NCBI GenBank assembly: GCA_036273495.1
Contig: DASUHN010000370.1
Coordinates: forward strand, 1-33,906
Reading direction: 5' to 3'
Source: Acidimicrobiales bacterium
GTDB lineage: Bacteria > Actinomycetota > Acidimicrobiia > Acidimicrobiales > JAJPHE01
DNA: 33,906 nucleotides
Part shown: in pieces, positions 24,425 through 32,084 of the stretch
How positions within the stretch are numbered: position 1 is the first letter of the stretch
Layout: each line of letters opens with the position of its first letter
Notes under the pieces: generated by a model
The model's database searches: none
What the model was told of the DNA's origin: nothing
Seen by the model: only the letters and a program-made list of their open reading frames with translations
Translations under genes and position numbers: made by a program

Positions 24425-26541
24425 GGGCCGCCCCCTCGACCGGCCCCGACCCGCTCCCGGGCAGGGACGTCGGCCAGGAGCCGCCGGGCGAACTCGGACG
24501 GCTGAGGCCGGGCCGCAGTGGGAAGGACGCCGGCCGGTCCCGCCTTCCGGGCCTGGGCGCGCTGGGCCCGCGCCAGGGCGCGCAGAGCCGGTTTGGGCAC
24601 GGCCCCGATCTGCGCCACCCGCCGGGCCACCCCCACGAGCGACCTCCCGGGCAGGACGCCGAGGGACAGGGCCAGGACGGCGAACAGGATGTCGGACACT
24701 CCGAACTTGTGCAGCACGATGTTGAGCATCTCGTACAGCACGGCGCCGACCACGCCGCCGGCGAGTGAGCCGACGCCGGCCACGACGACCACCACGAACC
24801 AGGTGAGGCTGGTTTGCAGCGGGTCGAAGTACAGCCCGTTGAACAGCCGGGTCTGCTCGGCCAGCAGGGCGCCCCCGATGCCGGCGATGAAGGCGCTGAC
24901 GGCGAAGATGAACAGCTTGTAGCGCCGCAGGTCCACCCCCACGGCGCGGGCCGCCGTCTCCGAGTCGCGCATGGCGCCCAGGATCCGGCCCAGCCGGCCC
25001 CGGCGCAGGTTGCGGGCCAGCAGCAGGATCAGCGCCACCCACGCCAGCTCGAAGTAGTAGAAGGCGTGCTCGCCGTCGAACGACCAGCCGAACAGGCTGG
25101 GCCGGGACACGGCGATGCTCCCCGATCCCACGACCAGGTCGTCGGTGAAGACGAGGCTGTACACCAGAAGGCCCATGGCCAGGGTCATGAGCCCGAGCAG
25201 CAGGCCCCGCCGGTTGAGCACCGGAAAGCCGGTGAGAACCCCGAGCACCATGGCCGCCACCCCGCCGAGGAGCATGGAGAGGATCACGGGCACGTGGACG
25301 GCGGTGGCGGCCTCGGCCGCCACGAAGGCGCCGATGCCGGCGAACCCGGCCTGGCCCAGCGTGATGTAGCCGCAGAACCCGGTGATGCACACGATCGAGG
25401 TGAACACCACGACGAGCGCCAGCATGACCTGGCCCTCCCCGATCGTCCCGACCGTCAGCAGCCACGGCAGGACCACGGCGACGAGGGCAACGACCGCACC
25501 GAGCAGCACCGGGGTGCGCGCCGCCCGGGCCCGCCGGCCCAGGCCGGCGGCCACCAACCCGCCCCGGCTGACGGCCCGGGCCACCGTGGCCGTGCTCTCG
25601 CTCTCGTCGAGACGGCGCAGGACCACCAGGGCCACGACGAGCAGGACAGCCGACAGGTTCTGCTCGATCTGGCCCACCACGTAGGTGATCCACGTCGGCA
25701 GGTGCCAGTGGAAGACCGGAAGGATGCGGGGGTTGAAGTGGGTGAGCAGGCTCGACGCCACCCCGAGGGCGATGCCGGTGACCGCCGCCGCCGGCATGCT
25801 CACCAGCCGGGCCACCACCGCGACCGAGAAGGTCTCGAAGACCACCAGCAGGGTGAGGTGGAACGGGTCGAGGTAGAACAACGGCGCCAGCAGCACGCCC
25901 GTCAGCCCGGCAAAGCCGCACCCCAGGGCCCACGCCATGGCCGAGACCCGGTTGGAGTCGATGGCGGCCAGCTCGGAGAGCTCCCGCCGGTCGACGACGG
26001 CACGGATCTCGAGCCCCAGCCGGGTGCGCCCGAACATCAGCCACATCAGCACGCTGATGGCGGCGACGAGGACCACGACGACGAGCTGGTCCTCGCCGAT
26101 CCGCACGCCGGCACCGAGGCTGAGAGCCCGGTTGCTCACGATGTCGGGCGCGTCCTGGCGCACCAGGCCGGTCCAGATGGCGTACATGAGCCCGAGGAGC
26201 AGCAGGAACACGCCGAGAATGGCGACCAGCCGCTCGGCCTGGCTGGCGCCCCGGCGCTCGAGAGGCCGGAACACGAACCGCTCGAGCAGGAGGCCCACGC
26301 CCGGACCCACCACGATCACCCCGAGGGGGGCGGCGATGCCGAGGGGCCAGTGCCACCGGGCGTTGAGCTGCCAGACCACGTAGGCCACGAGCACGGCGAT
26401 GGCGCCGTAGGCGAAGTTGAACACGCCGGTGGCCCGGTAGGTCAGCACCACGCCCATGCCCGCCAGCGAGTAGATGGCGCCGGCGGCGATGCCGGCTACG
26501 ACCAGCTGGAGCCAGATGGAGGTGGCGAAGCCGAGGACCAT
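24421..26541 (-). CDS. fused LivH-LivM type ABC transporter permease (706 aa)
   Basis: The N-terminal approximately 310 aa are LivH-like ([26 protein letters not shown]...). The region from about aa 345 is LivM-like ([19 protein letters not shown]...[19 protein letters not shown]...). It is one uninterrupted frame with a basic approximately 70-aa C-terminal tail. Confidence 0.85.
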   Translation of the reverse strand: MVLGFATSIWLQLVVAGIAAGAIYSLAGMGVVLTYRATGVFNFAYGAIAVLVAYVVWQLNARWHWPLGIAAPLGVIVVGPGVGLLLERFVFRPLERRGASQAERLVAILGVFLLLLGLMYAIWTGLVRQDAPDIVSNRALSLGAGVRIGEDQLVVVVLVAAISVLMWLMFGRTRLGLEIRAVVDRRELSELAAIDSNRVSAMAWALGCGFAGLTGVLLAPLFYLDPFHLTLLVVFETFSVAVVARLVSMPAAAVTGIALGVASSLLTHFNPRILPVFHWHLPTWITYVVGQIEQNLSAVLLVVALVVLRRLDESESTATVARAVSRGGLVAAGLGRRARAARTPVLLGAVVALVAVVLPWLLTVGTIGEGQVMLALVVVFTSIVCITGFCGYITLGQAGFAGIGAFVAAEAATAVHVPVILSMLLGGVAAMVLGVLTGFPVLNRRGLLLGLMTLAMGLLVYSLVFTDDLVVGSGSIAVSRPSLFGWSFDGEHAFYYFELAWVALILLLARNLRRGRLGRILGAMRDSETAARAVGVDLRRYKLFIFAVSAFIAGIGGALLAEQTRLFNGLYFDPLQTSLTWFVVVVVAGVGSLAGGVVGAVLYEMLNIVLHKFGVSDILFAVLALSLGVLPGRSLVGVARRVAQIGAVPKPALRALARAQRAQARKAGPAGVLPTAARPQPSEFARRLLADVPARERVGAGRGGGP

Positions 26542-26560
26542 GTCAGCCGGGACCCATGTG

Positions 26561-27169
26561 TCAGCTGCTCGAGAGGGCGGGCTCGCAGACCCGGCAGGCG
26601 GAGAGGCCGCGCTGCTCGATCCCGCGGGCGTTCACCGCCTCGACCCCTTCCTTGCCCCGCACCATCTGGCAGCCGGGGGCGTGGTAGGTCGTACCGGTCG
26701 GGAGGGCCACCAGCCCCGCCGACTCCGCGGCGGCGCCGTTGGCCGACGGGCCGGTCCGGGCGGCACCGACGGCGCCCGGCGAGCGGGGGCTCCCGACCAG
26801 GTCGGTGGGGGCGTCGGGGTGGGCCAGCAGGACGGCGCGCAGCTCGCCGACCATCTCCTCGAGCCGCTCGATCCGGCCCGTGTCCTGGCGCCGGCGCTCG
26901 GCGCTGATGATCGCCGCGCCGATGCCGACCAGCGCCACCCCCCCGAGGCCACCCGAGATGAGATAGGGGAGCTGCTTGGCGACGAGGGCCTGGCCGGAGA
27001 CGCCGTACCACCCGACGATGATCACGACGACGCCGACGGCGGCGAGGATCCAGCCCGCCCAGGGCAGCACGGCCCCGGCCGCCCACTTCCAGAACAGCGC
27101 CGCGTCGGGCAGCCGCTCGTCGTCGGCCCCCACGCGGGAGACCGGAACACTCATGACGTCATCGCTCAT
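26561..27169 (-). CDS. two-TM membrane protein with a C-terminal YHxxxC...CxxC (sunset/Ada-like metal-binding-type) motif
   Basis: The ATG overlaps the upstream stop as ATGA. Two TM helices (WAAGAVLPWAGWILAAVGVVVIIVGWY and LPYLISGGLGGVALVGIGAAII) are followed by a short helical segment and then TYHAPGCQMVRGKEGVEAVNARGIEQRGLSACRVCEP. Confidence 0.7.
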   Translation of the reverse strand: MSDDVMSVPVSRVGADDERLPDAALFWKWAAGAVLPWAGWILAAVGVVVIIVGWYGVSGQALVAKQLPYLISGGLGGVALVGIGAAIISAERRRQDTGRIERLEEMVGELRAVLLAHPDAPTDLVGSPRSPGAVGAARTGPSANGAAAESAGLVALPTGTTYHAPGCQMVRGKEGVEAVNARGIEQRGLSACRVCEPALSSS

Positions 27170-28770
27170 TGGCCACTCCTACGACCGACGCCGCGGACAC
27201 TGGGCCGCGGCCGGTGGAAGCCCAGGCCGACCAGCACGGCGGCCAGGGCCAGGACTACTGACAGGTACAGGGTCGAGAACCGCCGGCTGACGAACGCCCC
27301 GGAGGTCGTGGCCAACTGGCGGGGCGAGCCCCCGGACGCCCCGGGGGTGGCAGAGCTTCCGGTCGACTCCCCGCCGCCTCCGGCCGTGGCGCCCGATCCG
27401 CCGAGAGAGCCCGCGTCCACCGGGAGAGCCGCCGTACCGGTGTCGACGGCCCCGCCGGATGCGGGCGAGGTCGTCGATCCCGGCAGCAGTCCCGCCGGCG
27501 GGGCCGGGAGCGAGCTGCCGGCCGGGGTCGCCGACACCGACGCGCACGACGAACCGAGCGTGTAGTCACCGTTGTAGATGTCTCCGACGAGCGGGGCGGC
27601 CTGGGCGTTGGCCGAGGTGTGCACGAACACCCCGTCGGCCTGGGCCCCGGTGCAGTCACCCACGAGGGGCTGGGGCGGCTTGGCCGTGGCCCCGACGAGG
27701 GTCACGTCGGCGTTGGCCGCCTCCAGCGCCTGCTGCAGAGCGGCGTTCAGGGAGTCGAGCAGAGCGGAGCCGCTGCCCTGCCCGGACACCGTCACCCCGT
27801 TGCTCCCGATGGTGGCGGGCTGGCCGGCCACCGTGACCCCGCTCACCGTCACGACGTCATTGTGGGTGTGCACCCCGGCACCGTCGGTCTTGGCGTGCGA
27901 CTCGGTGTGTACAGAGGCGATGTCGATCATCCCTCCGAGCAGGCTCACCCCGGACAGCTGGGTCTGGGCGTCGGAGAGGAGGGTCGAGCCGGAGAAGTGC
28001 TGGGCGGTCGACGCCGTCATCGACTTCACCGCCACGACCGCAGAGCTGGCCGCCGCCGACGCACTGACCGGGTGGCGCAGGATCAGCGACGCCTGGCGGA
28101 AGAAGGCGGCGCTGGCGGTCGCCAGGCGGTCGCCCCCGGACGAGGCCGAGGCCGGACCAGGAAGGGGCGAGGGGGACGAGGCCGACGACGACGACGCGGG
28201 CGCGCCGGCGGCGGTGGCCGACTCCCCCGGCGCGCTGAACGCCCCCGTGACGGCGTCGGTGGCCACGCCGGCGTCGGGGTCGGCGGAGGCGTCGGCCGCC
28301 GCCGCGTTCAGCGAGGAGGGCTGGCCGGCGCCACCGGCCTGGGTCGAGGTCTGCTGGCTGACGTTCGGCGGCTGCGAGGGCGGGCCCTCGGTCTGTACCG
28401 ACAGCGGGAAGGTCGGAACAGGCTCGCAGTTGAGCTGGCAGATCAGGCTGCCCGTGTTCCCGAAGGTCGGACCGGGCCAGAAGGTCGACGCCCGGGCCAA
28501 CTGGCCGTCGTTGCTGTAGCGCGTGGACCCTTCAGCGAACGAACCGTAGAAGGGCTCGTACACGGCGAAGCCGGCCTGGCCGTTCTCCTCCTCGTGCACC
28601 GCCGCGGCCGCCGCCCCGCCGGAGAAGGTGGTGGGACGGTTGGTGTCGGCTCCCGACGACGGCACGTGGAACGCCGTCAGCCCGCCGAGCGTGAGAGCGG
28701 CCACCCCCAGCCCGGCCCCGGCCAACCGGCGGCCCCGGGAGGGAGCGGACCTCCTCGAGAGAGCGCTCAT
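27166..28770 (-). CDS. exported protein of unknown function with an Arg-rich Tat-like signal peptide and a C-terminal TM anchor
   Basis: The ATG shares one base with the GMC stop (TGATG). The signal is MSALSRRSAPSRGRRLAGAGLGVAALTLGGLTAF. A-, S- and G-rich linkers separate folded-looking segments. The C-terminus is STLYLSVVLALAAVLVGLGF followed by HRPRPSVRGVGRRSGQ. Confidence 0.7.
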   Translation of the reverse strand: MSALSRRSAPSRGRRLAGAGLGVAALTLGGLTAFHVPSSGADTNRPTTFSGGAAAAAVHEEENGQAGFAVYEPFYGSFAEGSTRYSNDGQLARASTFWPGPTFGNTGSLICQLNCEPVPTFPLSVQTEGPPSQPPNVSQQTSTQAGGAGQPSSLNAAAADASADPDAGVATDAVTGAFSAPGESATAAGAPASSSSASSPSPLPGPASASSGGDRLATASAAFFRQASLILRHPVSASAAASSAVVAVKSMTASTAQHFSGSTLLSDAQTQLSGVSLLGGMIDIASVHTESHAKTDGAGVHTHNDVVTVSGVTVAGQPATIGSNGVTVSGQGSGSALLDSLNAALQQALEAANADVTLVGATAKPPQPLVGDCTGAQADGVFVHTSANAQAAPLVGDIYNGDYTLGSSCASVSATPAGSSLPAPPAGLLPGSTTSPASGGAVDTGTAALPVDAGSLGGSGATAGGGGESTGSSATPGASGGSPRQLATTSGAFVSRRFSTLYLSVVLALAAVLVGLGFHRPRPSVRGVGRRSGQ

Positions 28771-30452
28771 CAGGCCACCTCCGCGGCCAGGGCCCGGGCG
28801 TTGCGCAGCGCCAGGGCCACCAGGGTGAGAGTCGGGCCGTAGCCCGACGCGGTGGGGAACGGTGAGGAGTCCGCCACCAAGACGTTGGGTGCCTCGAACA
28901 GCCGGGCCCACTCGTCGCATGCCGCGTCGGCGGGGTCGGGGCCCATGCGCACCGTGCCCATGACGTGGCGGGAGGACGGGACGGGGGATATCTGGGTCCC
29001 GTAGGGCAGCCCGGGCCAGGGCGAGGTGGCGGTCGTGGTCCACCGGGCGCCGGCCGCCTCCATGACCTCGGTGAGCACGGTCGCGTAGTGGGCCGACGCG
29101 ACCAGCTCGTGCTTGTGGGGCTTGTAGGTCACCCGCGCCACCGGCATCCCCCGCACGTCCCGCACGGACGGATCGAGGTCGACCCGGTTGCCGGCCTGGG
29201 GCAGGTCCTCCCCCTGCATGGTGAAGGCCGCCAGGTGCTCGCGCATCTCCGACGCGCGCATGGAGTCCTTGTGGGCCGGCCCCCAGGGATACAGCTTGGC
29301 CTCGAGCACGGGGTGCGAGGCGGCGCCGTGTTCGGTCATCCCGCCCCGGATCCAGGGCAGGTCCGCCTCCCGCGCCGCCCGCCGGGAGTCCTCGTCGTCG
29401 ATCAGATGGTCGTCGTGGAGGTGGGTCACCGCCCGGCCCCGGTGGGGGTGGAGCCGCTCCTCGAGGCGGCCCACCACGAAGGTCTGGAAGTGCACCATGA
29501 GGTTGCGGCCGATGGCGGGGTTCTCGAAGCCCGACAGCATGAGCAGACGCGGGGTCTCGAAGGCGCCGGCGGCCACGACCACCGCCTTGGCCTCCACCGT
29601 GCGGCGGGACCCGTCCAGATCGACCAGCTCCACGCCGGTGGCCCGGCCGGCGCTGGTGACGATGCGGGCGGCGAAGGTGTCGGGCCACAGCTCCGCCCGC
29701 CCGCTCGCCAGCACGCGCTGCAGCATCGCCACCGGGTCCCCCTTGGCGTGGATGGGGCAGGGGAAGTACCCGCAGAACCCGCAGTTGTTGCAGGCGGGCC
29801 GTCCGTCGTAGGGGACCGAGTTGGCGGCGGTGGGAGCGGGATACGGGTGGAGGCCGACCCTCTCGGCGGCGACGGTGGTCAGCACGCAGGCGTACATGGG
29901 GGCGCCCGGGGGCATCGGGAACGGGCTCGAGCGGGGGGCGGCGAAGGGGTTGGTCCCGTCCTCTCCCGCCACCCCGATCAGGCGCTCGGCCTCGGCGTAG
30001 TAGGGCTCGAGCTCGTCGTAGCCGAACGGCCAGTCGGCCAGGGTCGACCCCTCGATCGGACCGCGCTCCGACAGCAGCCGGAAGTCCTCCTCGAGGAACC
30101 GCGGCGTCTTGCCGTCGGCGTGCACCCCGCCTCCCCCGACGGTCGTGGGGATGCTGTTGACCTCGCCGACGTAGGCCCGGTCCCCGTCCCCGGCGTCGAC
30201 CCGGAAGGTGCGCGGCTCCAGGAGCGGATCGGGGCCGAGGAAGTGGCGGACCATGAACTTGAGCTCGTCGTTGCTGTAGTCACCGAGCAGCCGGGTGGGG
30301 TCGGCGGTGTCGATCAGATGGTTGCGGCCCTTCTCGACGATCAGGACCGACCGGCCCGCCTCGACCAGGGCCAGGGCGGCCGCCGACCCGCCCGGGCCCG
30401 AACCGATCACGACGGCGTCGAAGTCGCGCGTCACCCGACGACCGCCACGCAA
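28770..30452 (-). CDS. GMC family FAD-dependent oxidoreductase with an internal Cys cluster
   Basis: FAD-binding motif DAVVIGSGPGGS, the cluster CNNCGFCGYFPCPIHAKG and a C-terminal GMC region (HVMGTVRMG...) are present. TTG at 30452 has GAGGTG 5 nt upstream; GTG at 30434 is an alternative. Confidence 0.88.
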   Translation of the reverse strand: MRGGRRVTRDFDAVVIGSGPGGSAAALALVEAGRSVLIVEKGRNHLIDTADPTRLLGDYSNDELKFMVRHFLGPDPLLEPRTFRVDAGDGDRAYVGEVNSIPTTVGGGGVHADGKTPRFLEEDFRLLSERGPIEGSTLADWPFGYDELEPYYAEAERLIGVAGEDGTNPFAAPRSSPFPMPPGAPMYACVLTTVAAERVGLHPYPAPTAANSVPYDGRPACNNCGFCGYFPCPIHAKGDPVAMLQRVLASGRAELWPDTFAARIVTSAGRATGVELVDLDGSRRTVEAKAVVVAAGAFETPRLLMLSGFENPAIGRNLMVHFQTFVVGRLEERLHPHRGRAVTHLHDDHLIDDEDSRRAAREADLPWIRGGMTEHGAASHPVLEAKLYPWGPAHKDSMRASEMREHLAAFTMQGEDLPQAGNRVDLDPSVRDVRGMPVARVTYKPHKHELVASAHYATVLTEVMEAAGARWTTTATSPWPGLPYGTQISPVPSSRHVMGTVRMGPDPADAACDEWARLFEAPNVLVADSSPFPTASGYGPTLTLVALALRNARALAAEVA

Positions 30453-30491
30453 GCGGGCACCTCGGCGGACGCCACGATGGGTGTCACGCCG

Positions 30492-32084
30492 TCACGACCC
30501 GTCCGGGCTGAACGGTGTCCCGTACCAGGGCAGGTTGTAGCAGGTGCCGATCTTGGCGTCGGTGACGAAGGTCCCGGCGGCGTTGTTCCACTGGCCGATG
30601 GCGTCGCAGGCCGGGGCCGGCTGGCTGTAGTTGAGCGGGGTCCAGGCCACCGGGTCGGCCAGGCCGTCGAAGGTGTAGCCGGGGCCGCCCACAGCGGGCT
30701 GCTTCCAGGAGTTCATCCACTTGAGGAGCCCGGCCCGGGTGGGACTCGATCCCATGGACTTGATGGCGTCCCCGAAGAGCACCCCGAGGCCGTAGCCGTC
30801 GAGCGCCCACTGGTGGAGCTGGGCGTGGGGCTCGTAGGTGGAGAAGTCCTTGCGGAACTGGGCCACGACCGGGTTCGAGGTGTCGGAGTAAGGCTCGGAC
30901 GCGTCGGCGGAGTACACCGAGTCGCGGCACGGGGAGCTCCACTGGCCCACGGCCTGGCCGAACACCTCTACGGTCGACATCTTCACCGGGACCGTGAAGC
31001 CCTGGCGGTCCATCGCCGCGCACAGCTTGGCGTTGCCGGCGGTGTCCATGGCGTCGAAGATCACGTCGACGTGGTCGGCGCGCATGTTGATCACGTCGGT
31101 GTCGAAGGTGGGATCGGCGGGGTTCTCTCCCTCGTGGTTCCCGCCGCCCTCGTAGGTAGTGGCGATGCCCGCCGACTTGGCCCCGACCTCCTCGAAGTAG
31201 CCGGCCTGCTGGGACACCGGGATGATGTAGAAGAAGAAGGCCCCCTTGCTCACGTGCTTGTTGTCGTGAGCCCACTTGTAGACCTGGGCCTGGTTCTCGT
31301 TGGTCGGCGGCAGCTTGCCGTTCCGCGGGTAGCCCGAGCCGTAGATGCTGAACATGTTCGGATACATGTAGTAGCCGTTGCAGAGCGGGAAGCCGACGTC
31401 GGGGACGCCCTGCTGGTACTCGTACTTGGCCGACGAGGCGCAGGCGTCGGTGTTGTTCGCCAACATGGCAAAGACGTGCTTCTGGCTCACCAGCTTGGTG
31501 GCGCACGACAGGTTCTGCTGCCCGTCGGCGGAGTCGTCGCAGGTGTCGAGGATGATCTTGCGGCCGTTGATCCCGCCCCGGGCATTGGTGGCGTTCACCC
31601 ACGCCTGCAGGCCGGGGAGGGTCACGCCGAAGGCGTAGGGCCCGAGGGCCCCGTTGATGGCGGTCACGTTGCCGATCGTGATCGAGTTGGCGGTCACGCC
31701 GACGTCGCTGGCGCCGTTGGCCGCGCCGCCTCCTGACCCACCGCTGCCTGTGGTGCCCCCGCCGGTGCCGCCCGACGACGCCGGGCCCGTCCCGGTGGCC
31801 CCACCCGTCCCCGGGCCCGCGCCCGCGGAGGTGGCCCCGCCCGAGAGCGAGCTACCGCCCCCGCTGCCCGAGCCCGAGGTCCCGCTGAGCCCCGGCCCCG
31901 TCCCGGACCCCGACGCCGTCCCTCCCGGCTGGCCGCCGGCGGAGACCGAGCTCGGGTTGGCCGCGCCGGCAAAGGCGTTGTCGGACAGGCGCGTACCGCA
32001 GCCGGCCAGCCCCAGGCTGATCAGCCCCGCGGCCACGACCCATACGTTCCGACGGACTCTGCGACTGCGCACCCATCTACGCAC
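30492..32084 (-). CDS. ABC transporter substrate-binding lipoprotein (type-1 periplasmic binding fold, Leu/Ile/Val-binding-like) with a long Gly/Ser tether
   Basis: A basic n-region and the lipobox LISLGLAGC are followed by about 85 aa of G/S/T/A-rich linker. The next segment is ITIGNVTAINGALGPYAFGVTLPGLQAWVNATNARGGINGRKI. GTG at 32084 lies 8 nt after AAGGAGGG; GTG at 32072 is an alternative. Confidence 0.8.
   Translation of the reverse strand: MRRWVRSRRVRRNVWVVAAGLISLGLAGCGTRLSDNAFAGAANPSSVSAGGQPGGTASGSGTGPGLSGTSGSGSGGGSSLSGGATSAGAGPGTGGATGTGPASSGGTGGGTTGSGGSGGGAANGASDVGVTANSITIGNVTAINGALGPYAFGVTLPGLQAWVNATNARGGINGRKIILDTCDDSADGQQNLSCATKLVSQKHVFAMLANNTDACASSAKYEYQQGVPDVGFPLCNGYYMYPNMFSIYGSGYPRNGKLPPTNENQAQVYKWAHDNKHVSKGAFFFYIIPVSQQAGYFEEVGAKSAGIATTYEGGGNHEGENPADPTFDTDVINMRADHVDVIFDAMDTAGNAKLCAAMDRQGFTVPVKMSTVEVFGQAVGQWSSPCRDSVYSADASEPYSDTSNPVVAQFRKDFSTYEPHAQLHQWALDGYGLGVLFGDAIKSMGSSPTRAGLLKWMNSWKQPAVGGPGYTFDGLADPVAWTPLNYSQPAPACDAIGQWNNAAGTFVTDAKIGTCYNLPWYGTPFSPDGS

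Noticed and set aside
26543-26557. Mini-ORF ATG-GGT-CCC-GGC-TGA in the 19-nt gap before the permease start, with its stop 1 nt before the permease ATG
   Set aside because: It is four codons long with no SD of its own. A termination-reinitiation relay is conceivable, but chance is the simpler explanation.
24814-26907. 697-aa + strand ORF, with similar long ORFs at 355-1938, 9856-11814, 12958-14550, 15228-16397, 15494-17179, 17048-18028, 18878-20224 and 20310-21485
   Set aside because: All of them overlap ORFs with strong family signatures on the other strand or frame. They have Arg/Pro/Gly/His-dominated composition, so I treat them as GC-driven open frames rather than genes.
27280-27300. LATTSG near the C-terminal anchor of the 534-aa protein as a possible class E sortase (LAxTG) signal
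   Set aside because: It does not match LAxTG, having Ser where Gly is required. It is also separated from the hydrophobic helix by a charged RR-containing spacer, and no sortase gene is present in the window.
28965-31736. 923-aa ORF on the + strand, the longest in the window
   Set aside because: It lies antisense to the GMC oxidoreductase and binding-protein genes, both of which have clear family motifs. Its translation is Gly/Arg/Pro/His/Val-rich with no recognisable motif. This is the typical stop-codon-poor antisense frame of very GC-rich DNA.
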